From NCBI GenBank assembly GCA_001687465.1, contig LVLI01000720.1:1-59222 (forward strand): a stretch of DNA of 59,222 bases, read 5' to 3'. Of the stretch, positions 36,601 to 49,957 are shown piece by piece. The stretch is from Halocafeteria seosinensis (lineage: Eukaryota). Under the pieces are notes generated by a model. The model was not told where the DNA came from and did not search any database. It saw nothing but the letters and a program-made list of their open reading frames with translations. Position 1 is the first letter of the stretch. Every line of letters starts with the position of its first letter. The translations under genes were made by a program, and so were the position numbers.

Positions 36601-39600
36601 TCGAGAGTTCCAAAAGGCAAGGGAAACTGCCTCCTCGGATTCGCGGTCTCGCGAAAGGAATTTCTCAAATCCTTTTCGAAGGATTCTTGATACCAAGAAG
36701 CGGAAATGGGAGCAGTATTCAAGACGTGACTTCGCTATTACTTTTAACAGCATACAACCGTACGGAATTGTGAAGTGTACACCTGTTGAGCCTTGTGAGT
36801 CCTTGCTGTATATGGTGTTGCGCTGTGTTCTTGAAATCCTGCGTTGCCCTGGAGATGGGAGATACTTCGTAGTGACGAACACAGGCTTAATAATGCTACT
36901 TTTAGCGCCGGTTGCTAGATATGAGAGTAGTAGGTTGTGGACCCTGTTTCGGAAGGTTCTACGCCGTCTTCTTTCGCAGTTTCCGTTGGGTAGACCCTCC
37001 GTGCAGATGAAGCATACTAAGTTCTATTTGTGGCTAATTCGGTCCATGAGCAATAAACTACTCTTGTCCTTAGACATGAACAACGAAACCAGCGCCGCAC
37101 TGTCGAACGCCACCGAGGATATGGCTGCTCCTCAATTTCAGCGTGGTTTGGGGGAAACCGTCGTCAGACTTGTGTCGTTGATACATGGCTTAGATGCAAC
37201 GGATATGACTCATCAGTGGAATCCGACCAATGTGTCTCCCGATTACAGTGTTGTCCTAGACACAAAATACCCTAACCCAATACCTCCTCGGACGGTAAGC
37301 AGGCTTCGGGAACGCGACAGTGTCACTTGGAATAAGCATCAGATTACGGATGAGGTAATGGCTGCATGTGCACAAGAGTTTATATCTACGTTCATGCATA
37401 ATGCTGAGACTTCGCCTCTCTATGAGCTTCATATCTTACGAGTCCTTCAAGAGCTTGGAAAGGATGACTATAGTACATTTGATCCTTTGATCCCTCCATT
37501 GTTTAAGTGGCTCAAGATAATTGTTCAGGAGCAGCTTAGAGAAAGAAGTCAACATCGGCAAAGTAAGAGAACAGACAATCGGGACAAATCTTTATTTCGT
37601 GTACAGGCTTTAAAGATATTGATCCGTCTGTTTTCGAAGCGCATCCGACGATTGTCTCAATCTCAGCGGGATGAGTTTATTCAAATCTTATGTACCTTGG
37701 CACAGAAATCTCAAAAGCCGTCAATATTTGCACTGGCCTTTAACGTGCTGCGGGGATGGCTGCTAACTCCAACAGTTGACACCCATTCTAACATCGGGCT
37801 AGTGCAAAGCGAAAAATCCAACCTTCTTCATAGTTTGTCTTCTTTCGGTACGCCCCACGGGGCCATTTTGAGCTACAGGGTAGCCGGAACACACCATGGT
37901 TGGCTACAGACGGAGTACTTCAAACTTCTTTTTGAACTGTATTATGGTGGATTCTCTCCGAACGAAGGCCCCGAACACGCGGGTGAGAACGTAAGTTACG
38001 AAGAATATGCCCCTGGGATATCAGATTCTTCCATTGTCTTTTACGGTCAATATGGCATATCCGAGGCTGTAGAGCCCTCTCTCTTCAAGATATTGCAGAA
38101 GGGGGCAGAGAGAGGCAACGGCACAGCAGCAGAACCCTCGAGGCCACCTGCCTGGCTTGCCGCTCAACTGCGAAAACAAATCATTCCTGGATGCTGTGCT
38201 GAGTCAGAGTGGGTCCGACGTGAAAGCCTGAAAGTAGTTGTGGACACTGTTGTGGAGGAGCGCGTTAGGAGTGGGGGCGCTGTCGCTTCACCGTCCTCTT
38301 GGGGTTCGCCATTCGATCGCTTGGAATACAATGAATCGGATTCTGCACCAATTTTGGTGCTGAAGCTACTGCTTGACACACCGTCGGAAATCTTTTCCTC
38401 GCCCATGTGGATATCTATACTGGTGAGGGTGGCCTTGGTGGCTTTCGGAGACTACCGTATTTCTCAGTTGGGGGAAGAGCATGCTGCTCCCTCGACTGAT
38501 CGGGGATTACTTCAGCTTATGCATTTGGCTTACGGCGAGAAGTTTGGATCATCTTCTGTAGGTTTTGACTTTTCCCATTGTTTCGACAACTCCAATGACT
38601 TGGATAGAAGCACGTTTTCTGCACCACACTTTGTTGACGTATTGGCTGATTTATCGACTTGCGATTTTGCTTTTTCTCGGGAGCTGTGGTCACAGTTGTT
38701 TCCGGCATTATGGCGATTTACGATAGATGAAGAAAAAAAGCGAATGATCCCGCGACTCTCGTCCATGCTAATCGCCGATTACCATCAGAGGTATACGGAA
38801 ATGTCCTACGGAGTCGACAAGGATGTTTTAGATGTGGGATACAATGCGCTTCTTAGAAATCTACATGTACCTGAGCCATTGGAGTCCAGCCAAAGTGTAT
38901 ATTTGACCTCGGGAATTAAGAATTTTGTTTCGTCTGGCATGGAGCATTTGCCTCTTCCTAATTCAACCAGGTCTTCTCTGCTGGAGTATTATTCAGAACA
39001 GAATTCGCTGGATGACGACATCCATCGAAATATGGGATTCTCGTGGGGGAACTTGTCGATTGAAGTATTCTTTGAGGGGATTGCTCAGGTGGGCGACACG
39101 ATACCCCTGCGCGCTGAAGTCCTTGTCTATGTCGCAAGAAAGTTCCGTTGTTGGTCCTTGGTGCTGCCGATGCTTGAACGGCAATTGCAATTCCTAGAGC
39201 AGAGAGAAGGGAGACTGAGTCAGTCTACCCGGGTTCCTTTAGCAAAACCGAGCTCGAACCCAGGATTCGCAAGATACAAGTGCATTGAAGAGAAACTGGG
39301 GATGCCGAAAGGGTTCTTTGCAGCTGCGTCGTCCGGCTTTGGCTGTCCTGCTTCATCGGGTGGTGAGAACAATCCAGATTGTCTCCCGACTGTTGACATA
39401 TTTGGTATTTCGCCGATTCCGGGTTCTGAGTCAGACGTTGGCATGCTCTCAGCCAGCAGGCTAGATGCGCTGGTAAAACTTTATCAAGGTCTGGAATACG
39501 ACGACCTCATGGTTGGTTTCCAGCGTTACTACTCACAAAACAGCCTTGCTCACATAGCGATGACCCTAAGCTCTCATGGAGACTGGGAAAACTCGTTAGA

Positions 39601-42600
39601 TACACTCATGGAGTTACTACAGCAGCCACCCGCTGTCGCAAGCAGCGAAGAGAGAAAGGAACTTGACTTGGGCAGGAATGCGGATAGTTGTGGGAGAGGA
39701 GCAAGACGAGCCCAGCTTCAGTCGAGCCTTACGATTCAGACGTCTAAGTCACAAGTTGAACCTTGTCTTCAAAGTCTTATCCCCTCAAGTGGTCGACGGA
39801 AGGGAAAAGGGCTCAAGCAAAGAAGAGTATGTGGGGCTGTTATGTGTGAGAGTCTCTTTAAGGGTAGAGGGGTAAAGCGATGCAGCCCTAGCAGTATGGC
39901 ACAACCGGAAAAACTCCAGAAGGTCGACGCAGTCGGAAGAAGACAGTCCCATGCCATCTCAGTGAACGGAGAGGATTCTAGTAGCCGTGACCCTCTAGAC
40001 ACCTCTGCTATTGAGCACCAGTGGTGGGAGGCTAGATGGATCGAAAGTGCTAGAAATCTGTGTGAATGGCCAGTATTGAATGCATATGGGCAATCGACAG
40101 GGGATCCGGTCTTAATGTCGGAAGCAACTTCCCGACTTGGAGATTGGCCCGAATTGAGCAACCTACTTAGCACATCAGCTGTTCGAATGGCCGCAAGTAG
40201 TGCCCCAGAAACGAAGCTCTTAGAAGCAGAAAATTTCCTTCAAAACGAAGACGTTCGGCGATCCTATAGCACCGTAGATGAAGCTGCGGAACTTTTGAAG
40301 AGAAAGTGGTGGGAACTTCCATCAAATGTATATGCTGGCTTCGCCCATCAGCGATTGCTTTGTCTGACTCAGTTGTTTACAGAAGTCAAAGAAGCAGCTC
40401 TAACCATGGATGCTTGTACACGTGGCAACGATGGATTGGCTTCCCTCCATACCTGTATCGCAGGCTGGAGGGATCGCTTGCCGAATGTTTGGGAAGGGAT
40501 TCCAATATGGGACCAATTGCTAACATGGCGATACAACTTTTTCAATCGGCTCATTCGTATTCTCGCAAATAGACTTGATAATAGAGTCAGTCATGATGCG
40601 GCTTGGACAGTGATCCGATTGGCAAAAACGGGGAGAAAGCTAAACTTACCGAAAGTTTGCTTGCGGAGCATTGCTCGATGTGCCAAATTGGCCAGAATGG
40701 AGTACCGTGTTAATTACATGCGAAATCGGGAGCATATCTTGATTGCACTTCAAAATTCAATAGCATCTGGGGGTCAGGAACTGTCCGAGTGTAACATAAT
40801 GAGCTCAAGACCATCTAAGTCACAAAGTAAGACGATCGGTGGTATAATGGCAACTCTGTTGGGGCTACAGCTAAGGAATTTTGAACCTGCCGAAAAAAGC
40901 GAATTATTGCGACTACAAGGTCTTGTCTGTGCTCACATGGGGGCACAAACATGGAAGGAGTCCCACGATGCGTTTAGTGCTAGCGTTAAGATCGAACCGG
41001 AAAATGCTCTGTCCTGGCTGACTTGGGGTAACTTCTTATGTAAACTTTTCCGTTTCGTGTTGCCTCCTCTAGACGACTTTTCCCGAGAGTTTCAGCGACA
41101 CTCTCAGGAACCTCCGGTTTCTAATCGCAGGAAGAAGGAAAGCTTAATGAAAAGCAAGGTATCTTCCCATCTTAAGCATTTGGCAGAAACGGAAGCGGGT
41201 GTTGTCGATGCAATTAACGCCGTGATGCAAAGCTCCGGCCACGATGTTCCTCCAAACCCTAACAGAAGCTCAAAGACCTCAGGGTCTCAGGGATCTGTTG
41301 CTCAGGACTCCTCCGAACGTGCCAATGACGCCCGGCTGGATTTCACAGAACTAGGTCGTCTTATGAATGCGAATGTTGATGTTGCAGAGCCACTGGAAAT
41401 AGCATCCCAGGCGATCATTGCGTATTTGATGGCAGTGGTTCATGCTTGTGACAAGCCTGCGTCTCAACTCGCTCGTGTACTGTGGCTACTGCAATATGAT
41501 GACGAACACGGAAGACTTGGGTTTACCCTGCGTCAATATGGAGCACAGGTTACTACATGGCTCTGGGTCAATTGGATGCCGCAACTGTTCTCTGCTTTGT
41601 CTTCGCCATCTGTGGACTCGGTAGTGTCAATTATTGTGTCTGTCATGCAGCGCTTCCCTCAAGCAGTTGTCTACCATCTTCGGGAGTATGTAGCCATAAA
41701 AAGCGAATTGAAAAGCCAGGATCTCACGTGGACTGTCACAAGTAAGGAGATTCCATTAGAAGATAAAGACGGAAGAAAGTACAAAGCGCGTGCGTATACC
41801 GATACCAAAGCGTTGAAGGAGTTCTGTGCCCGGGGGGGAAAAACTCTTGCAGAGAACAAACCTTTAGACATAGAGAAGGCAGATAGTCTCCCTAGGCCTT
41901 TTACTACCATCCCTGCAATGTACGATACCGAGAATAACACGTCGGTAAGAACCCGAAAGTCCCAAAGAAATGGGGAGGACGCAGACGTAGAAACTCCAAG
42001 TTCGGAAGAACAGGACTCTCAACAACAAATATCTGGAGAAGAAGCACTTCGCCAGACGAAGCTGTATGAAGTGTCTATGTACTCTGCGTGGTGTTCAAGC
42101 CGGTTGCTTAAGCTGCTAAAAGTATCCCATGGAGCTGGAGTGGATGAGGTGTCGACTCTGATCTCACTTCTGCTTCAGCTTGGTCCAGGAGTGTGGGACG
42201 ACTTTTATGGACGGATAGACACTCTTATAAGCAGATGTTGGATGCTTACAAATGCGTTCGATGAGGCCATCCCGGAAGATGTTACTCGTAACTTATCCCT
42301 GGTTTACCAAGGGATTGTGGCGCGTTTGCAACGATGGGATCAAAGTCGCCATGATGCGAGCGAATGCACTCGTGAGATTCTCGAAGATTTTATTCAAGCG
42401 TTTGCGAATGACTTACTTCAAGAGCTTCCTCCGGGGAAAGTAAATGGAAATCAGCGGAACAAGATGAACCCCAACTTTCCGTCAACGATAACTGAACTTG
42501 TTGGAAGGTTGAAAAAGTGGCGCCGTTCCCTCCAGCGGAGGTGCCAAGGGGAAAGAGGAAACTACAGTAGCTCTGATAAACTCTTCAGCATAGCCGATCG

Positions 42601-44056
42601 AAAATTTGCCGTTGCCGAAATTCCAGGACAGTATGGGGAGAGCGAGTACTTGCATAATTCACTTCGGTCCCGTGTTCGTTTGCATCACATTGAGGCTTCC
42701 GTTACTACGGTGCAAAACAGATTCAGCCATCTCTTGGAACGCCATGTAACCCTTGCCGGAGCAGATGGTCGTCTTTATCATTTTGCTGTGGAAACTATGA
42801 GCCATCAGCAAACTGCTTCCGATGTGCTAGCCAAGCAAATGCAAGTGCTTTTCAAGGAACTCCTCAACTCGCACAATGACTCAAGGAGTCGCTTGCTCGC
42901 AGCAGAAGCGCCGAGCGTAGTTCCATTAGACCATCGTCATAGAATGGCCTCTGTAGACTCTCAGAGCTTGACGTTCGGAGATGTGTTTTCCCAGTATTGT
43001 TTAGATCATGGAAAAGATGACGACTTTGTGGCTTCACGATTCCGAACATTCGCTCAGGAGGAAGAAGCCTCCCTGTTGAGAGCCTATCATCAGACGCATT
43101 TGCAAGGCAGTGGAGACGGCAACGGCGGTGATATTCCAGATGATGACATGGGGGCAATTCATCGCCGCGCAATGGTGGTTGCGTTTGAGCGAGTTTGTGA
43201 TGAGTCCGTCCCATCTGATATACTATCCAAGTACTTGTCCCGATGGTTTTCGTGCCCCGATGACTTTGCAGCGTTTAAGAGTCGCTTTACTCGTCAATAT
43301 GCTGTTGCATGTTTGATGGCTTTCTTATTAAGCCTCAACGAAAAGAGTGCTCACCGTATTTCTTTCTCGCTCGCGTCGGGGAATGTGTCCATCGTCGAGG
43401 TTAAACCTAACTTCTCCCCGAATCATTTTACGCTGAAGCAGACGGATGCTGTCCCATTCCGTATGACTCGGAACGTGGAGCAGTTTTTGACACCATACGG
43501 TGTGTTAGGTCCATTTGCGAACTCGTTTGTTGCTGCTGCAGGTGCGCTTAATTCTTATTCTGAATGGATGAAGTGCTACATGGGCCTATACTTTAGGGAC
43601 GAGCTCGTTCGACACAAGCTTCGTGGGCAACTTACCCATGACACAGGCATGCGTCGGGTTACCGACGAATTGCAAGGAACCTTGCAGGGTAATGTGAATG
43701 TCTTCATGCGTCGTATTGCGCGCTTGCAGCCTTCAGAAGCGCGTAGAGCGTGGAATGAGTACTGTAACCTGAGGAGACGCGAAGCGTCGGGTAGCGCAGC
43801 AGCGTCGACCACCGCCGCCACTGAATCAAATAGTGCAATCAATGCCTTGGGAATTACTACTACCACAAGCTCTGGGATGGAAACAGACGGTAGTGCGCCT
43901 GCAGAGCCCCCTACGGACGAAAGCTATCGCAGAACGTCCGATCAGACTGCTCAAGTTCTTACGAGTCACGAGGACAAAGTGTTTGGCCTTATCCGAGAGG
44001 CCAAGAACGAGCACAACATTTGCCAGATGCCCTGGGCGTGGCAACCATGGTTCTAG
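27631..44056 (+). CDS. TRRAP: TRRAP/Tra1 PIKK-family pseudokinase (SAGA and NuA4/TIP60 scaffold), ~5,450 aa. Exons 27631-27752 and 27814-44056.
   Basis: N-terminal DNEENAVICIK and ELCLSMPAKLS..LPNL..L.RPL; FAT-region WRDRLPNVWE..W..LLTWR; EIPGQY; kinase-like VPFRMTRN lacking the catalytic DRH and DFG motifs; FATC end NICQMPWAWQPWF. Intron 27753-27813 adds an in-frame first exon. Confidence 0.95.
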
Positions 44057-44291
44057 GAAGTGTATATCAGGGTTTGCTCCTATTTATGTTACCAATATAC
44101 ATCTTTATCGAAGCGTAATGTCGTGGTACTACGACCGATCTTTGTGAACGAACGCTGGTATCTTCCACGGACCGTGGTCAACTTTACTGGTTGTATTGTT
44201 CCTAATTCTACATAGTTTAGATATACAGTATATTGTATTGTATTATCAAAAGAAAGGTAGAAATAGATGTTGGTTGTGCATTGATTATTTA

Positions 44292-45566
44292 ATGGGAAGG
44301 ATGCGAATGTCTGTAGAGCACTTTCTGCTGGTCATCGTGGTGGCAGCCAAGACAGCGGCTGCCTCCAAACATGATAATGAAGCTCCAAAGACTGATACTT
44401 CGGTAGACCGGACGGATGACCCTTTGGAACTGATCCCACGGAACCATTCCACCCAAGCCGCAGCGAAACGAGCGATGATGTTGTACAAAAATGTCCTCAG
44501 GAATCATCAAAAATATTGCGAGCCGGAGGCGCATATCAAGCATTTCTCCACCGGAGATACTCTAGGATTCGTGACTCCATGGAACGCGCACGGCTATAAG
44601 ATTGCCGAAACGTTCCCCAACAAATTTGACTTCATTTCGCCCGTCTGGCTCCAAATCCGGACCAAGGAATCCTCGGACGTCTCAGGGTCCGGAGACGCCG
44701 CTGACATGGAAGTGGCCAATGCCGCCCACATTACTGGACAGCACGATATCGACCGAGACTGGATGGAGAGGATCAGAGCGAAAGCGTCCAAGGAATGCAA
44801 CAACCTGGGTGAGCACGACAACGGAACGAGAGCGTGTCCGCGCATCGTACCGCGCGTGACGTGGGAAGCAAGTCGGGAAGTGGATGAAGATGCTCTGACG
44901 CAATTAATCAACGATTTACTTAAACTTGCTGATGAAAACGATTTCGATGGATACGTGATGGAACTTTTCGGAAGTCTGCGAATGATCAAGTGGCTAGAGA
45001 ATCTGGCCATGGCCATGCGCATGCGCAAGTCTGCGTGGACTCAGCAACCGAAAGTAGTTATCATGGTTATTCCACCAGGAAGCGCTGCCGAGAATGGCCA
45101 ATGGAACCCTCCGTTGCCTCGACAGTACTTTAAAGAGCTGGCGCATTATATCCACCGTTTTGTCGTCATGACGTACGACTTCAGCTCCTCGACGGGCCTC
45201 CCAGGACCAAACGCGCCGATTGACTGGATGGCAGTCGTGGCACGCAGTATTATCGGAGAAAATGCTACCCCTGAAAAAGCGCAGCAGTTGCTATTGGGCA
45301 TCCCAATGTATGGCCGTGATACTGCCGAGCCAGTGACGGGCCCTCAATTTGTTGACATACTGGAGAAACACAGACCGTTGATACACTTTCACCGACAAGC
45401 GGTGGAACATTACGTTCGGTATGATGATGAAAACGGAGTGCACTATGTGTATTATCCTACACCATATTTTCTGAACAGAAGGCTCCAGTTAGCATCGAAA
45501 CTACACATCGGTATTGCTCTATGGGAATTGGGCCAAGGGCTCAATTATATGTACGATTTGCTATGA
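44292..45566 (+). CDS. CHID1: Chitinase domain-containing protein 1 (GH18-like, probably non-catalytic, secreted). Start could be 44292, 44301 or 44307.
   Basis: Hydrophobic N-terminus, TLGFVTPWNAHGY, ISPVWLQ, ITGQHDIDRDWM, MTYDFS...PGPNAP..W, YYPT and IALWELGQGLNYMYDLL. It has FDGYVME in place of the active DxxDxDxE motif. Confidence 0.93.
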   Translation: MGRMRMSVEHFLLVIVVAAKTAAASKHDNEAPKTDTSVDRTDDPLELIPRNHSTQAAAKRAMMLYKNVLRNHQKYCEPEAHIKHFSTGDTLGFVTPWNAHGYKIAETFPNKFDFISPVWLQIRTKESSDVSGSGDAADMEVANAAHITGQHDIDRDWMERIRAKASKECNNLGEHDNGTRACPRIVPRVTWEASREVDEDALTQLINDLLKLADENDFDGYVMELFGSLRMIKWLENLAMAMRMRKSAWTQQPKVVIMVIPPGSAAENGQWNPPLPRQYFKELAHYIHRFVVMTYDFSSSTGLPGPNAPIDWMAVVARSIIGENATPEKAQQLLLGIPMYGRDTAEPVTGPQFVDILEKHRPLIHFHRQAVEHYVRYDDENGVHYVYYPTPYFLNRRLQLASKLHIGIALWELGQGLNYMYDLL

Positions 45567-45642
45567 ATTTGCTAACAGAGACTACGCAACGACCCTCACA
45601 GCGAATACATCACTCAGCGATGTAATGTGTGATTCTCAAACA

Positions 45643-48600
45643 CTATGCGTTGGAACTTTGCAACAGTCCATTTGCCCACTTCCCCTGAAATTCTTGGCCA
45701 TCGTCCCGGATGAACACACCATCCCCGTGCTGGAGGTCCTCTTTCCATTGACCCTTGTAGCAACTGCCATCCTCGAAGGTACACACTCCATAACCATGCC
45801 GTGTAGCCTTGGAATACGACCCTTCATACTTGCTTCCGTCACTGCAGAATGGAAAATGAAACAAACAAGAACAATGTTACAATTCCGCATTGCAAGCACT
45901 ACAACGAAAATCGTCGTGACGTACTCGTAGCATGCCGCTCCTTCTCCATGAGGATAAAAATCTTGCCAATTCCCCCGGTATTCTAGCAAATGAAAGAATT
46001 TCGGGGAGCTGGCAGTAGACAGGGTTAAGACCCCGTGTCCATTAGGTAGGTTGCTTCTCCAGCTACCACAGTAGACATCTCCAGAGGCGCACCGTAGTTC
46101 CCCTGTACCGACGGCATGCCCGCGCTTGAAGTCTCCTTCAAATACACTCAAGGTTTCTTCTCGTGGACTCGCATCATAAACCCAAGATTTTCTTGAAAGT
46201 GGTCGTTGCCGAGAAGGCGCAGGATCACGAAGCCGTTGCATAATAACCTGTAGGGCGGCCCACACGGAGAAGATATCATGTTGGAATGGGCTCCTAAGTA
46301 TCCCGTGGCCATGCATTACTCCATCCTTCCACTCGCCCTGATGTTCTGCATATGTGTTGTTCATCAACTGGATTCTACAGATACCGTGACCTTCTCGTCG
46401 GTCGTTAGCCCATTCACCTTCGTAGTAGCAGTCTTCATCGTAGTGACAGATCCCGATTCCGGATTTGACCCCAAACTCAAAGCTGCCTGTATACTCTGAT
46501 CCATCGGCATCTCTTAGCCATCCTTCTCCGTGGTGCTTTCCGTTCAGCCAAGTCCCTTCATAGACAGCTCCCGACTTGTACTCCATTTTCCCACGCCCAT
46601 GATACATGTTTTGCTGAAACTTCCCCATGTATACGTCTAATGTTGGCGTAACTTCTTTTCCAGATCCTGCTTTCTTGCCATAGCGATATTCACCTTCATA
46701 CTTGCTACCATCTCCCTTCTCGAGTATACCATTACCATGGCGAAAATTCGCACTAAAACCGCCCCTATACACTTCACCATCCTCTCGAAGCACTTCTTTT
46801 CCCTCTCCTTCTTTGTACCCTGCTTTAAACATCCCATCGTAATAGCTGTCCGACGAGTAATACAGTAGCCCTTGACCATGCCAGACATCATCCTTCCAAT
46901 ATCCTTCATATGTGTATCCGTTGGAGTACTCACAGCACCCGTAGCCATGTCGTAAGTCCCAATGCCATTGGCCATCATATCGAACAGGGTACGCTTCATT
47001 AGGCAGGGTCCGAGGAGTGTTCGGTTGATATACGATATACTGACCAGGCGTATGGCTGTTGCAGTTGCCGTCGCTTACTCCAAAGCTATCCGAGTCCGGA
47101 GAACGAAATTTCCTGTTGGGAGAGGCTGGAGAAGACTTAGCGCTTCGTATAGAAAGACGTTCTTGTTTCACGGATTGTTTGGCTGAAGCGCCAAACTGGA
47201 CACTAGCACTTCCCGGAGATATCATTCCGTCCTCATCTTGTTGTTGTAGGTGCTCCCCTCCCAAGGGGGCACTCTCTCGTCCCTGGTTAGTGTGATAACT
47301 TATTGCTCCCTTTCCATGTAGCCTGCCCTGTCTCCATGTTCCTGTGTATGACCAAGTAGGGGTTACAGCGCTACCCTCTCCATGCGGTAAATTTTCTTGC
47401 CAGTCTCCTTTGTATGTATCTCCATTTGCAAAACTAATCTCCCCATAGCCCCACCGCTGATAGTGACGGAAATGTCCCAAGTAGACAGAACCGTCCTTGT
47501 AGTTAACTTGGCCGTATCCTTCGGCTGGTATATCTTTCTCTTCAAAGATAGGGTGACTTTGAGGCGCAACGTCCTTGAGGATAGCTGCAGATGCCGTTCC
47601 CTTTATCGCACAACAAATGTAGTACCTAAGGTTCTGAGGGTATACCATAGAGCCACCTAGGATATGCAACCACGTGTATGTCCGTGCAAGGGCAGTGTTA
47701 TCACAGTCACCGTTTCCTTCCAATTCATTCTCCACAGGCAAGGATGTATCCTGTTGGCAATGTACAAACGTCTTGTGGCAATATCGTGCGTCAATTCCCA
47801 GTGCGTGCTCATTGTCCGCTTTTATCAATCGCCATCCACAATTTACAATATCCAATGCCCAAATATAGCGATCATTGGAAGGTCCCAAACCTCCGTGCAC
47901 GAGTATAAGGTCATTGCTCTCGCAATTTTCAAGAGGCCAACAAGCGTCAGCACCTTTTCCCTTGCCTCCCGCACCTTTTTCTCCTTTACCTCCGCCAGCC
48001 TTGCCTTTCGCTTTGCCCTTGGCTTTATCCTTGTCTTTTCCTTTCCCTTTTCCCTTATTCTCCTCCGACGAAGAAGTTTTTTCATCCGCCTTATTTTGGG
48101 CAAAAGAGCGTAAGCTTTCTTGCAAGTCCACAGGAACAACTTTACGAGTAGCCTCAAAACAATAGTTCCTCTCGATTTGAATTGTTTGAGCACTGTGGTA
48201 GCAACGTGGCGCAGGAGTTCGGCATTGCACCTTTGTTTCCGTTTCCAGATCCTCGGTCAATTCCTCCAGCTCCTTTTCAATATCTTCTTGACTGGATCCT
48301 TCGGTATTTTCCTTTCCTGCTTCCCTGAATCGCGTGTAGATCTCCCTCAGAAAGCCATCAAAAGGTACATTGCTATATTGAGGCGGCAAGGGTAGCCATT
48401 CGAGTGTATCTACTCTCAACATCCATACATCGTTTAATAACTTCCCTTCAAGGGTCTTTCCGCCCATCACAACGATGCACCGTGTTGAAGGGTGAAACGT
48501 TGCTGAATGTCCCACTCTTGGTGGGGGGCCCATCATCAATTCCTCTTTCGTCGCGGAATGGTCTTTCTTGTCTGGAGTATCTTCATCCAAGAACTGAGAA

Positions 48601-49957
48601 ATAATCCGTTGCTGCTGCTCTATTGCATCTGCTTCGATGCTCAAATAGTATTCAACTGCACCCTCGTTCACCGAAACTTGCGGGTTATACCACTGCTGTT
48701 GATCAAGATGATAGATCCAAGCTGTATTCATATCAACAGAGTTACTAGATTTATCTTGGGACCGCCCACCAATAAGAAATACTCTTTCTTTGGTTGCAGC
48801 ATCCTCCGGTTCGGGAACTCGTAGCTCATCTTGCTCCTTCGAGTCGCTACCTTTCCCCTTCTTATCAACTTTGGCGTCTTTCTTCAATTTGCTTCCCTCC
48901 TCTTGAGCCTGTGATGGCTCCTCCAGCGGAGACACATACACCAGAGTAGAGAAGGACCGGTGGGTAGGCCAGACCTTAGCTTCTGCCTGCTGGTCTTCCT
49001 CTGCTCCTCTCTTTCCTCGTTGACTTCGTGGTGTCTTCGCTCTGGCAGATTGTCTGCTAGAAGGTATATTTGCAGTGTCAGGACGTTTTATCTGCAGTAT
49101 ACAGAGTGACAGTAAGGATCATTTCTTGCAAATTATAAGTTTCGCAGTCTGCGTACCATTTTGCAGTTCAGCTTGCCATCTTCATTTCTGGTAAACTGTC
49201 GAATCGTATCGCCCACAGAGAAGGCATAACTGGCGTCCCTAAAATGTCCTCCATACATAAACGTGCTGGAAGGCGTATTGACAAACGCGGCACCTGACAA
49301 GGGAACATGCATCGGAGTGAACCTATCAGATGGTGTTAGAAGCATATCGCGTTGCTAACCTTCACAGCAGAGGGAATCTACAGCGGCAACCGAGAGGTTG
49401 TTAAGTTTTGATGAGACATCAGCGATTTGGGAAGTTTCCAAGTTATATCTAAAGGCATGTAAATCTGCACGGGGTGCAGACCAGTAAAGTTCATGCGAAC
49501 ACACACTTCTCCAGAATTTAACTTGTAACTTACTCCTTGCTGAGACCGACGATGCGAAATCCTGGTTCTTGCCGATCACGAGCACACTGTTCCAGGATAT
49601 CATCAACACCGTCAACAAATGCAGTTGCAAACACTGTTGCAGAGAAGAAGCTGCTTACTTGTCGGGATCTATGGCCGAGTGATGCAGAAATACTGCGCCA
49701 CTTCCCAGTCTGGAGATGCTGTTATCTTTGCTCGGGACGGATTCAATGTCGATGCCTTCTACTTCGATGTTATCCGGAGGGGGCGAGAATGAATCAAACT
49801 CCCTTTGGTCTTCCACTTCGTTCGGCTTAATCCCTCCATTTAATCCAGGGGAGGAATCCACCGTCTCGTTCCATTGCGCGTCTTTTCCAGGGGAGTATCG
49901 TGGAGAGTTACTCCTTCCCTGAGTGCTGTCAAGGTTAGCCGTGCTCTCCACCTCCAT
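45643..49957 (-). CDS. Kelch-repeat plus MORN-repeat protein. 6 exons, introns 49587-49658, 49465-49533, 49294-49359, 49092-49156, 45842-45924.
   Basis: Kelch-like motifs FMYGG, FLIGG, PPPRVGHSA..VMGG..LLNDVW and PAPRCYHSA..VHGG. Many YxGxWxxGxxHGxG MORN repeats. All junctions are GT-AG and keep the frame. Confidence 0.88.

Noticed and set aside
8703..44056. Many short antisense or alternate-frame ORFs inside the two giant genes (e.g. 30046-30732, 36226-36882, 20750-21253)
   Set aside because: They are shadow ORFs of long coding exons with no recognisable motifs.
44940..44963. Loss of the chitinase catalytic motif in the GH18 gene as a novelty
   Set aside because: This is normal for the CHID1 family.
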